Source of the DNA: Lingula anatina
Lineage: Eukaryota > Animalia > Brachiopoda
Length of the DNA stretch: 64,000 nt
Assembly: GCA_051362555.1 (NCBI GenBank)
Contig: CM120640.1
Span: forward strand, 5,828,001 to 5,892,000
Direction of reading: 5' to 3'
Part shown: positions 26,527 through 37,455 of the stretch, piece after piece
How the letters are laid out: every line of letters begins with the position of its first letter
How positions within the stretch are numbered: the first letter of the stretch is position 1
Program-made: the position numbers and the translations under genes
The notes under the pieces: generated by a model
Told to the model about the DNA's origin: nothing
The model's input: only the letters and a program-made list of their open reading frames with translations
Database searches by the model: none

Positions 26527-29500
26527 ATGGGTACCGGAGTAAGTAAAAGCCATTCTAAAAGCGACGTAAGAGCGCAAGAAACTGGAGTGCACCATAACCC
26601 ACCAAGTCCTAGCCAAACAACCATCACCAATCAAGGTAGCAGAATTGATGTCACACAACTTAGTTCACCGCAGCCAAAATCTGAGCATGAACCCTCTATC
26701 AAAGTCGAAGAACATCGTGGTTCAAGAGTCGGAAGCAACTTATCAATACGAAGTAAAACAGGTTCGTTAAACAGAACTAAAACCGGCGTTGCCACCAGTA
26801 AAATAGATCCAGACCTATCTTCCTCTCAATGCCTAGTCAAAGAACCCTTATCAAGTGAAGATTGCGAACCTGGCGGTAACAAAGAAGCAACCAGACGTTC
26901 AACAAGTGCAATTTCTCGCCAGAGTTACAGAAAATTGGATCCAGAACCCGCACAAGACAGTAAAGACAGTCAATCTGTGACGTCAAATCAGGTGAACGTT
27001 TCCCACTCAGGAAGGGAGAAAAACGGCTTTCCAGAACAAGACATATCGCACGAAAGGACCAGCCAAAAACTAAAAATGGAAACAAGTGAAGTATTTGAAA
27101 ACCATTCCATTCACAGAGATGGTGAGGTGTCGGCAATATCATTACCTTTGCAACATCAGCAGGACCAAGGTGCTCATATGAGAGCCACCAATGAAATAGA
27201 TGACCAAGGAGACAGAAATAACAAAGAAGAATTGGATGAAGTTATCAAGGAAATTTTTGATAACTTCCAAGACTCAGAAAACAGTGTAAGCAAAACTGGT
27301 CACAGCTCAAGTGATCTTGACACAAGTCCAACTTCACAAGCCGAGGCATTTTCAGAAGCTCCTAATGCAAACAGCGAAATTGGTACACGCAAAACAGGAG
27401 AAAATGATATTGAACAGTTATACCAAGATGCGTTTCATGAAGATTTCCCTTCAGATAACAGGGACATGGAGGATAAAGATGCGCAACACGGCAATCGTAC
27501 CCAACAGAATGTAGATTGTAGCAATAGTAAAATTGTCCAGCAAGAAAATTTGCATACATTGGAAAATTTTGGAAATGATATCTCCCGACCAGAAATAGAA
27601 ACATGTGACAATGAAAACCAGCAGAACATAGATATTCAAAGTGAAAACTCCGAAGGCTCGTATACATACAGCGAATTCAACGATGAAGAAAACGATGCAA
27701 TTACACCGGGTTACATGGACCATGAAAATTCTATTGAAGAAGCGAATGAAAACCAGCAGAACATACATATTGAAGAGAACACTGATGCGAAACCGTTTCA
27801 ACGTAAAAACTCGGAAGACTCGTATACATACAGTGAATTCAATGATGAAAAAAATGATGCAATTAAAGACGGTTATATGGACTATGAAAATTCTAGTGAA
27901 GAAGCGAATGAAAACAAAACTGAGCAGTCAAGGCATTCAAACAATCATCAAGAAACGGGTGATATAGAAAAACAGGAGGAGGGGAATTTAAATGGCGAGG
28001 TTGAAGACGTGCGAGTCGATGATGGGGGATCAGAAAAAATGAACCTTAAGAACTTGCATAAGCAAGGGCAACACTCCCAAGGAACAGATGAAAAATTGTT
28101 TTCTACACAAACAGACGTGCGAGTCGATGATGGGGGATCAGAAAAAATGAACCTTAAGAACTTGCATAAGCAAGGGCAACACTCCCAAGGAACAGATGAA
28201 AAATTGTTTTCTACACAAACAGACGGTGCTAGTATTGATCTACCTATTGAAAGAGGGACCAAAAGAGAACGAATTCCCTCAAATGAATTGCCCAACCAGA
28301 GCACGACGCAAGGGTCCGCTGGTCAATTGGAGGAGGAAAAATTAGAAAACACAGAATATGAACATTTAAACAAGCAAAGTGATTCTACAGCCTCCGCAAG
28401 TCTCCCCAGTCAACACTTGCAAGAGGAAGATGAAGAAACATACAGAGCTAGTCTTGAACTGCCTTCGGATGCAGGGAGCAAACGTTCAGTAGAATATGAA
28501 TCCAAATCTCAGAAAGAAATGTCCAACAAGAACACGGCTAGAGAGTCTGTCGGCCAAATAAAAAAGGACAAAACAGATTATACAGAAAATGATCACTTGC
28601 ACAAGCAAAGTGATTCTTCGGATTCAGCAAGTTTGCAGAGTCAGCACTTCCAAGAGGTGAAGGAAGAATTTTCTTCTGCTGAAACAGACAGAGCTAGTTT
28701 TTATCTACCCTCTGGTACAGCGATCAAGGATTTGATTGAAGATGAATCTACAACCCTTAAAGAATCACCCAAGCAGAAAACGTCTAAAGAGTCCGTCAAC
28801 CCACAGGATGAGAACAAAACTGAAAATCGAGCAAGTTTCAAAGATGACGACCATGTAACTGAAGATGCCTCAGGAATAAAAAATAACTCGCCAGATGATG
28901 TGAAACGTTCAAGACAAGTTACAGAAACCCCAGCTGCAAAACGACGAGTAAGCCGAAAGGACAGAGCACCAAGAGAAAGAAGAAGGAAACAACTAGCCAA
29001 GAGCCCGGCAAGGACACTTCCAAGTCTTCCCCCAGAGAACCATCCACGAAAACTGGTCTTGGCTATTTCTTTACAGGGAGACACAACAGATCCTTGGGAA
29101 TTATACTGGGATGGGAAGAATTTGCCAGCTGAGATGTTTGAAGACACACACTATCATCCGCCAAACATTGATCTTAAAGATCACTTTATTGAATCAATAC
29201 CTGACGAAATTGAAGCGTTTGCTGACACACTTACCGTTGTTAACTTCAAAGGCAACAACCTATCTAAGTTACCCCTGGGTTTCTTTCGTTTAAAGAATCT
29301 GAAGAAACTTAATCTTAGTGTTAACTGCTTCACTGAAATTTCAAAAGAATTTGAAAAACTTACAGCATTGGAAGACCTAGTGATGTCACATAATTATATT
29401 GAGAACGTCGACGGCAACGGTCCACCTATTCTCCAAACATTAGATTTGAGTCACAACTGTACGCTGTCTCACGGGGAGTTGTTTTATTCTTTGCTTGATT

Positions 29501-32500
29501 GGCAGAGTCTGTCCACTTTGAATTTGGCTGGAAATCAAATTGAAAAAATCCCGGACAACATTTCCGATCTAGAAGAGCTATTGGAACTAAATGTGTCTTT
29601 TAACGAACTTACTGAAATACCGGGAGAACTATTTGAACTGGAAAGTCTTCAGAGCCTCGACCTCAGCCACAACTTCATAAAGAAAGTAGGTGAACCTTCC
29701 CTTGATAGCCAGTTAGAAAGACTTGATGTTTCAGCAAACTACCTTGAGGCTATACCGCTCTCAACCCATTTCAAGAAACTAAAACATTTCAAGTGTTCTA
29801 ACAACTATATAGAAAAGGTCCAGCATAGCCTTAGCTACTGTTCATCGTTAGAATATGTCGACCTTTCGGAAAATTACATCACCATTTTTGATTTGGCGGG
29901 TGAGACGCTACCATCACTGGATCAATTAATCCTAGACGAAAACTACCTCCAGGATTTTCCAAAAGATGTGAGTGCTCTCCAGAACATACGGGTATTGTCT
30001 TGCAAGAGAAATGTTATAACATTTCTCGACGTTCCAAAAGAAATAATCAGTTTGGAAGAGCTCTATCTGAATGACAACAGCATAAGTGGAGTGCACACTT
30101 TTTTGCCACGTGGTCTGCCATCCCTGAAGTTATTGGACGTGTCCAATAATCAGATAAAACACCTTCCTGGTTCTTTCTCAGAATTCGAACATTTGGAGAC
30201 GTTGAATTTAAACGGAAATAAATTCATCCATTTTCCAGATATCCTCCGTAATGGTCTTCCACGGCTCACTAATCTGGCCTTGGATGGCAGTAAAGACATG
30301 CTTCATGAATTGGAGGACCAGTCTTTGGTGTTGAATTGCAGTGGAAGAATGAAGGACTTACATCTTGCTCACCACGAATTGGAAGCTATTCCAGATACGT
30401 TAGCAACCTTAACAAATATTGAGCGCCTGAACGTGTCTGGGAACAAGCTCAAAAAGCTCCCCAAGAGATTACTCATGAACATGTCCAAGTTGAAACACTT
30501 AGACTTGTCACACAATGAGTTCGACCAGGTTCCACAGGAGTTTCGATCACAAACCAACGAAGTCACACATCTTGATCTTCAAGGGAACAAAATCTCCGCA
30601 CTGCCAATTCACTTTTCCAAAATGAAAACGGTTGAAGAGTTGCATATTGGACGAAATGCGCTATGTGGCTTACCTCCCAAGTTTATTGAAATGAAAGATA
30701 TCACCAAACTACAGTTATCACATAATCCCTTCAGCAACGTGCCCTGCGTGATCTGGAAATTGCAACACTTACAACACCTTGAAATGAACAATTGCCAACT
30801 GAAGATATTTGATGTAGATCGTTCTGCGACATCTATCCATCACAACCTACGGTTCCTCGACGTAGGGAGCAATCAGCTAGAAGAAATTGACGAATCAGTG
30901 GTTCTTTGTACCTCACTGGAGGAGTGCGAATTTTCGCATAACAACATATCTGAAATTGATGATATTCCAATTGGGGAGTTGACGGCACTTCAAAAATTAG
31001 ACATGAGTTATAATGCATTTGACTGCTTTCCGACTAAGGTGTTTGAGTGCAGTGCATTAGAACAGCTGGATTTATCCAATAACAAGATCGACACAATGGA
31101 GGAAGGCAATGTTGACCCAAAGAATAATATAAGGATACTAAATTTGTCCTTTAATAAACTCCAAGGTATCCCAGTGGCTCTGAAACACCTTAGACGTCTA
31201 GAAAAATTAGACATCAAGGACAACAGAATCGAGAAAATATCCGACAAAATGGAAGATGGAATCCCTCGCCTGAAAAGTATCAACATCAGCAACAACAAAC
31301 TACAGTTCATCCCAAAAACGGTTGGAATGTCCACAAGACAACTTGACCACTGCTCGTTAACCAATAATAAGATTCAAGATATATCAAGCTGGGAAGCAAG
31401 ATCAGCAATTCTGCAACTTGATTTAAATGACCTTCATGCACTTCCAGAGGCATTAATGGGAAAGCAAGGCTTGCGTGATCTCCACGTTATGAGCAACAAA
31501 CTACAAGAGCTAACCTTCCCCAGAAATCGAGGACGCTCCTGCATGACTTTGCAATCTCTTAACGTCTCGCATAACCATTCAGAGAATCTTGCAAACTCTT
31601 CTCCATTCAATATGCGGAATGGGATTGCAGTGTTGCAATTCTTGCTTGAGCTCGAGATTGATGGTCTGCGCCTCAATAGTCTTCCAGATGACATTGGCGA
31701 TCTCAAATATCTGAGAAAATTAACTGTACGTGGCAATAACTTGACTACCGTGCCCGCTTGTGTGTCTCGCCTTCGCAGACTGAAGTACCTGGATATGTCC
31801 GATAACAACTTGACAGAACCTACCACAAAGGAAATGGAATTTCTCCTGACAGCCATAGATATCTGCGAGGTGAACATGAGCAGGAACAAACTCACCTGTG
31901 TACCACTACCTGCGAAACAGGAGCTGAAGTCAAAACTGGAGAGATTCTTTCTCAGTGATAATCAGATTTCAGTCATTGATCGATTGATAACAGAGCTATC
32001 TTATATGAAAGAATTACATCTGGATTCCAACAAGCTGAAATACGTTCCTGAGCGTGTGTTCTACAACAAAGCCCTCCAGAAACTGACAGTTAACAAGAAT
32101 TGCATTACAGCCATCCATGTACCCGAAGCTGAAGCGCTTGAGGATTCAAGTCTGAAGGTTTTGGAAGTTTCTAACAACAAGCTGACTGAAGTGGATAGCT
32201 CCCTTGCACTATTCGGTAGACTGGAATCATTGGATCTGAGCTATAACAATATATCAAAGCTTCCACCAAATGCTGGTCTGTTTGCGAAATTAAAGATGAG
32301 AGGACTTGTTCTCACAGGAAATCCTGCTCTTCAGACTTTTGCAGAAGAAGTCCTTCGCGACTATCTCACAAAGACAGACGCCGTCTTGAAGGCAAAGCAA
32401 GGGGTCAAGTTATTTTTTCATGGGAGGCAGACAAAAGATATGAATCTGGTGGCCGGAGCACTAATGCACAAAACGGAAGACGAGAACAGCTCACCACAAA

Positions 32501-34006
32501 CACTTGATGGTATTGCAGTGCCCTTCAACTTTGATCTTGACAATTTCCAAGTCAGTGCATTTATCTGCAATTCCGATTTCCGCTACACGGTGCAGCAGTT
32601 AGCTTCCACTGGTACCATTCACGTTATTGTCTTCAATCTAGATGACTTCAAGGACGAGGACACTTCTGACGTCACGTTCACCACCCAAATCAGCTGCTTC
32701 ATTTCTGAAGTAACAGCCTCAATGCCATTTCCAATATTGCGAGTTGTTGCTGTAAACAAGAGTTTCAGAATTGACAGTGATCCTCTCCGAAGAGCCACAG
32801 GACGAGTGGAAGACCAGCTGCGTTCATTTGCTGCCTCCCTGAATGAGCGATTGCTCTCTAAAACCGCGCTTCCTGAGGGGAGCAAGTCAGCGTTAAAACG
32901 AGCAGAGCACGTCATGGACATGTGGAATATGCCCTCAAGTGTAACATGCGTCAGTGTCGAACACATTGAGGACGAGATCAGAGACATTCAAGACGATCTG
33001 CGAGATGTTCTTTCACATGAACTCAGTTTTCCACGACCGCCTGTCCTTGGAGATCTGTGGGTGTTCTTCCTGGGAAAACTGTTTGAGCGAAGAGATGAAG
33101 AAACAAAACCCGTGAACTATCTCACCAGACATGAGTGCATTTCCATAGCAAAAGAATGTGGGATTGCCGACGACCAAATCAACCGTTTTATAGATACCTT
33201 CTTGTACCATTTACACGAGACAGGAAAAGCCTTTTGCCTAGAAGAGGACGGCGAAGTGAGAATGATTTTCACAGAAAAAGAGAGATATCTGGATATGCTC
33301 AGCTGTGTATTGAGCAGCAAAAACCCAGAGCTTTCATCCCGAAATGTGCAGCAGCTGCTAGACAAGGCAAACCGTTGGAAATTTTCGGCCGTGGACGTGA
33401 TATACGTTTTGAATAGAATGGAATATCTTGTACAAACAACACCAGAAACACATTTTTGTCCTGCGCTGGCCAAGACACCAGGTGCCGCTGCAGTCCTAAA
33501 AAAACTAGGAGACATCAAAAAAGTAAAATCGTCCAACGAAGAAATTCAAATTGCAGCAGCTGTTACCTCTATCTTTCCATTCGGCGCTTTCTTCCAGCTA
33601 CAGTATAACATCTTTCACAACGAGAAACTTCAAGTCAAAGATGGCTCGATTAACATCAAGAGCGACGGTGTTTGGGGGGAATGCAATGGCTGCAAGTTCT
33701 TCCTTAGTTTACAAAACACAGAAGACAGTGCCAAATACGGTTTCTATAACGACAAGACTGTCTTTCTAATCCGCATTCAAGGTGAAGTCGAAGACGATGC
33801 ATATGACCATGGTATACAGACAGTATATCAACACAAAACGCTGGAGAAGAGGAGAGAAGTGACTGCTGACGATGGGTTCTCAGAGGTCGTGAAGGTGCTG
33901 GATGCCATATTCGACTCTCTAGAAAAGGTGAAATTGAAGTACCCAGGTATATCCTACAGAACAGGGGAGGTGCGATATATCCTGGGAGACCCGCCAGACA
34001 GCATAA
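26527..34006 (+). CDS. Gene B coding exon 1 (7.48 kb): myristoylation motif, acidic disordered region, about 45 LRRs, degenerate Roc-COR (ROCO-family-like protein)
   Basis: Acceptor ttcgtttcag| ending at 26512 and ATG at 26527; 2510-aa ORF. LxxLxLxxNxL repeats are followed by 'GNP', a Roc-like strand order and a COR-like 'W..FL..L..YLT..EC..IA.ECGI..FLYHLHETG'. Donor A|gtaagt at 34007 (phase 1). Confidence 0.93.
27610..27915 (+). repeat. Older diverged tandem duplication in the gene B N-terminal region
   Basis: NENQQNI...NSEGSYTYSEFNDEENDAITPGYMDHENSIEEA versus NENQQNI...NSEDSYTYSEFNDEKNDAIKDGYMDYENSSEEA. Confidence 0.9.
28005..28225 (+). repeat. Exact in-frame tandem duplication of 108 bp (36 aa) in gene B
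   Basis: DVRVDDGGSEKMNLKNLHKQGQHSQGTDEKLFSTQT occurs twice. The nucleotide copies start at 28005 and 28113 and appear identical; 'agacg' recurs at all three junctions. Confidence 0.95.
29160..32330 (+). other. Leucine-rich repeat array (about 45 repeats by manual count) in gene B
   Basis: Regular LxxLxLSxNxL/I motifs about 23 aa apart, from 'IDLKDHFIESIP' to 'LVLTGNPAL'. Confidence 0.95.
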
Positions 34007-34267
34007 GTAAGTACGAGAGAGAGAGAGACAGAACTAATGTTAGTTATCTACTATTATAGAACATGTGCAAGGTACTGAATATAATAGGTGTATTATAATG
34101 TCATAAAACTAGTATTAAAATTATTATATACATACAAAATTTTTTATACGGGATGATTAGTTCAATGCTATTTATGCACAAAATGACTGGGGTAATTTTC
34201 ACTTGAACTTTACCATGGCTTTAATTTTACCGTCAATAGTCTGAATAAAAACCATTTTGCTCTCTAG

Positions 34268-34519
34268 ATTTCGGCGACAGAGTAACCAGACTGGTGTCTC
34301 GAAAGCTTGGTGGTGACTGGAAAGAGTTTGCAAACCAACTTCCACTGGATGCTGATAAAAAACAGAAGGTCTTACGAGCTGCCCAAAGTAAGACTGCTAC
34401 GACTGACATGGACAGAACGAAACTGCTTCTCAAGGAATGGAAAAAGATATCTGGAAAGAAAGCTGATGTCATCAACCTATGTAAAGCTCTTAGAGCTTGC
34501 AACAATGGTGCAATCGCGG
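34268..34519 (+). CDS. Gene B coding exon 2: death domain
   Basis: Acceptor ttttgctctctag| ending at 34267, phases 1/1. The sequence 'LVSRKLGGDWKEFANQL...KLLLKEWKKISGKKADVINLCKALRACNNGAIA' matches the death-domain consensus (lg.dW..lA..L ... lL..W......at...L..AL). Confidence 0.92.
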
Positions 34520-34782
34520 GTATGTGAAACCCTAAGTAGAAATTATAACTTTTAAGAAAATGATTTTGCTCATATGTCCATTTTATTGATCCTTAATGCT
34601 GAATGCAACAACGAATCAATGTGTAATATTTTTAACTTCAGATAGTAAATTACCTATAATGAAAAATAAGCTTGGAATGTTTTTCAATGACCTCCTATAT
34701 ATGTTTATGCAACCTGTCTTTTTTTTCTCAAAATCACTGAACATTGTTATCTGTTATGTTCTTTCTTTTTAATTTTTTTCAG

Positions 34783-34838
34783 ACAAAGTGGACGCGTTAG
34801 TGAAAAGCCATGGAAAACTGAGAAATGAGCCCATTTAG
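34783..34838 (+). CDS. Gene B terminal coding exon 3 (DKVDALVKSHGKLRNEPI*), completing death-domain helix 6
   Basis: Long polypyrimidine tract and cag| ending at 34782; G+AC=Asp gives the typical 'IADKV' ending; TAG at 34836-34838. The summed CDS is 7,788 nt, or 2,595 aa plus stop. Confidence 0.85.
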
Positions 34839-35343
34839 ACGGAAATTGAAGGACTTGCAAAACCAGACACATTCACGATGCCGGGCGCAAGAACTATTTC
34901 ATGTCAGTCTTCTCACTTTCAGTTACATCCGTCCTATTTACATCAATGCTTGTTGAAAACCTAAGAAGACAATTTACAATACAAAACCATACTTATTGCA
35001 ATCTGAACCAGTCTAATTAAAACGGAAACCGAAACTCTTCTTCCGTTGTATTGTACTCTTCTAGGAAGAGAGACTTCTTTGGAGGTTATTGCAATCAGTT
35101 AAAGTGGATTAAGATTTTTAATTAAAAAAATTAGAGTATGTAAAAGCAAATTTGAACAGGACACAGAAATATTTAATTTTATGTTGGTGCTTAGATCAAG
35201 TCACTATTAACCCAATATCTTTTTTGCTTTAATGGTGCTCTTATTCACCGTAATAACTTTGGAAAATTTAAACATATATTTAGTCACTTTATGAATGAAC
35301 ATTTTGTTCACTCATTTCTGTACAAATGTACAAAACATTATTA

Positions 35344-35349
35344 AATAAA
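35344..35349 (+). terminator. Candidate polyadenylation signal for gene B
   Basis: AATAAA about 500 bp after the stop, followed by GT/T-rich sequence. Confidence 0.35.
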
Positions 35350-37406
35350 TGGGTTTTCGTAGATAGGGAATCGTTCTTTATTTACGAATATAAATCGTCA
35401 GAACCTGCATTATTTTTAAAATTTTTATTTCATCATTTTTTCTATCCTTCACTTTGCTAAATATGTACAACCGTTTCAGTTTTTAAGTTTCACTTGATAT
35501 ACGCTAGTCGTAATTTTCCTGTTGTAAACTGTCTTTACTTTCTGTACATGCTGCTATTTACTCTCACTACAAGTAGGGCCTATCGCGCGGGAAATAAGAC
35601 ATTTCATACACATTTTTATACTGATCTCTTTATTTCAAATTTATGCTTAACGAAAAGCAACTAAAATAAGAAATGGTTAAATATTATTTCCATCCTTTCC
35701 TTCGCCTATTGAGATATTTAGTGATTTCATCAAAAATACTCGATTATGTTCTATTACAGATATTTAGCTTTAAGTTTGGTATGACGTAATGTGTTAGCTT
35801 TTCAAAAAAAATTAAACTAAATTAAAACCTTAAAGAAGAAAAAATTTCAAAGGCGAAGCAGAAAAAGAAAAAACCTATCCCCCTTGTGCTCAAAATACCA
35901 AAAGCAGATTTATGTGGTACAGCGTCGCAAGTAAATGTGACAGGTGTGCTGGCTGCAGTGTGTTAGATGTGCTAGTAGCCTTTGTGTATTATCACTTCTT
36001 GACTAAACAATTCTTGACCACGACGCAATCCGTTTTTGGCAGTAAATGTCGGTTCCGGTAATGAATGAAAATAATGTTCTATGCTTTTGGGATCAAGCTT
36101 TATCACTTATGAATTATACTTGCTCGATTTCCATTTCTCCTCGTTCTTGTGAGTCCCTTATCTCCCTCCCTCCTCTCTCTCTCTCTCTCTCTCTGATTGG
36201 TATTTTCATAATAAATTCGGAAACAACACACAATACAGATTTACATCTGTAAAACAGATAGCGGTTTTTACATTAATCATACTTCCATTATATGCCGTCG
36301 ATCTGGATGTTATCCACTGTAAGTCATGCGAGATTGGAATTTTATTAAACAATACAATATTTAGAGAGTTTAATCTAAAACGTAGTAGGGGAGTGTGAAC
36401 CTTTGGTCACGGCCTAGATGTTGTGGTTAGCAGCGTACATTTAACAAGGCAAGTGCGCGTCCGGCATGACGGCACAAAGCTGTCGTATATTGTCATTAAC
36501 AATGCTATGTGTCACATGGGAGTTACGCATACCTTGTCCTCGCGGCCGAGAGATCAACAGCTTTGCGGGTGTCTTTGACTTTGAGTGAGGGGGATATTTT
36601 CAAAAAGCAGTGCAAGGTTGTCAATTCGTGCTATTATCTTTGTATTAGGAACTTCTGGCTCAGACGTCAATAACACCAGAGGAAGAAAAACAGAGTGTGA
36701 GTATTTTACTGCTTTTTTGTATTTTCCGATTAAATAGCTGCAAGTGGATTTCAGCGTGTTCATGAGACCCTGCAAGGCTGATAACCTGCAGTAACGTTTC
36801 TTACGTACGTTTACGGCTAAGTTTCTTTTGGTTTTGAAACCTCTTCAGCCATAACATGTATGCAGCGGAAAAGAAGTCCATTTACGAGTTTATACAAGGA
36901 AATTGGGAGGAAATTATTTAAAAGAATTTCGAGGTACCGTCCCTAGCTATAAATAGTATTGTAATCCGTGAATAACTCGCCGACAACCTTCAACAATATA
37001 GACCTGCATGCGGCGGTGCTATTGATGTCCTGAGATGAAAAAGGCCAAGATCATTTTAATTGCGATGGAATCAGCCGATAAACATTACGCTGGCTAAGGT
37101 ACATGTAATCGATGGGAAGTAATGAGTTTTTCATGCAATATTCTTTGACTGGCGAATCTGGGAATATTGTTCACCAAGGCAAACCCCGCAGGTAAACATG
37201 CTATTTTGACCAATGAATATTGAAATAATTCCACTTCTTAAGGTCCCACTAACATGGTCCTAATCAAGACTGGGCCAGTAATTTCACTTTTTAGTGAATT
37301 TTAATTCATTATTTTATTTTGAACCGAAAAAGTTTGTTGTCAGGTTAAGTTACAGTTATTTTCTGATTTGGTTTTGTCACACAGATTCACATAAACAGAG
37401 GTACTT

Positions 37407-37410
<4 letters not shown>

Positions 37411-37454
<44 letters not shown>
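37411..37454. repeat. (CT)16(GT)6 microsatellite
   Basis: Seen directly. Confidence 0.95.

Positions 37455-37455
<1 letters not shown>

Noticed and set aside
27610-28225. Direct repeats as a CRISPR array
   Set aside because: They are in-frame coding tandem duplications with no spacers and no cas genes.
10104-33536. Many 60-150 aa antisense or alternate-frame ORFs inside the large exons
   Set aside because: They are typical shadows of long coding frames and carry no independent signals.
26527-34838. Naming gene B LRRK1/2, MFHAS1, LRRD1, PIDD1 or DAPK1
   Set aside because: It has no kinase and no ZU5 domains, and the domain order and dead P-loop differ from these genes. Orthology cannot be supported.
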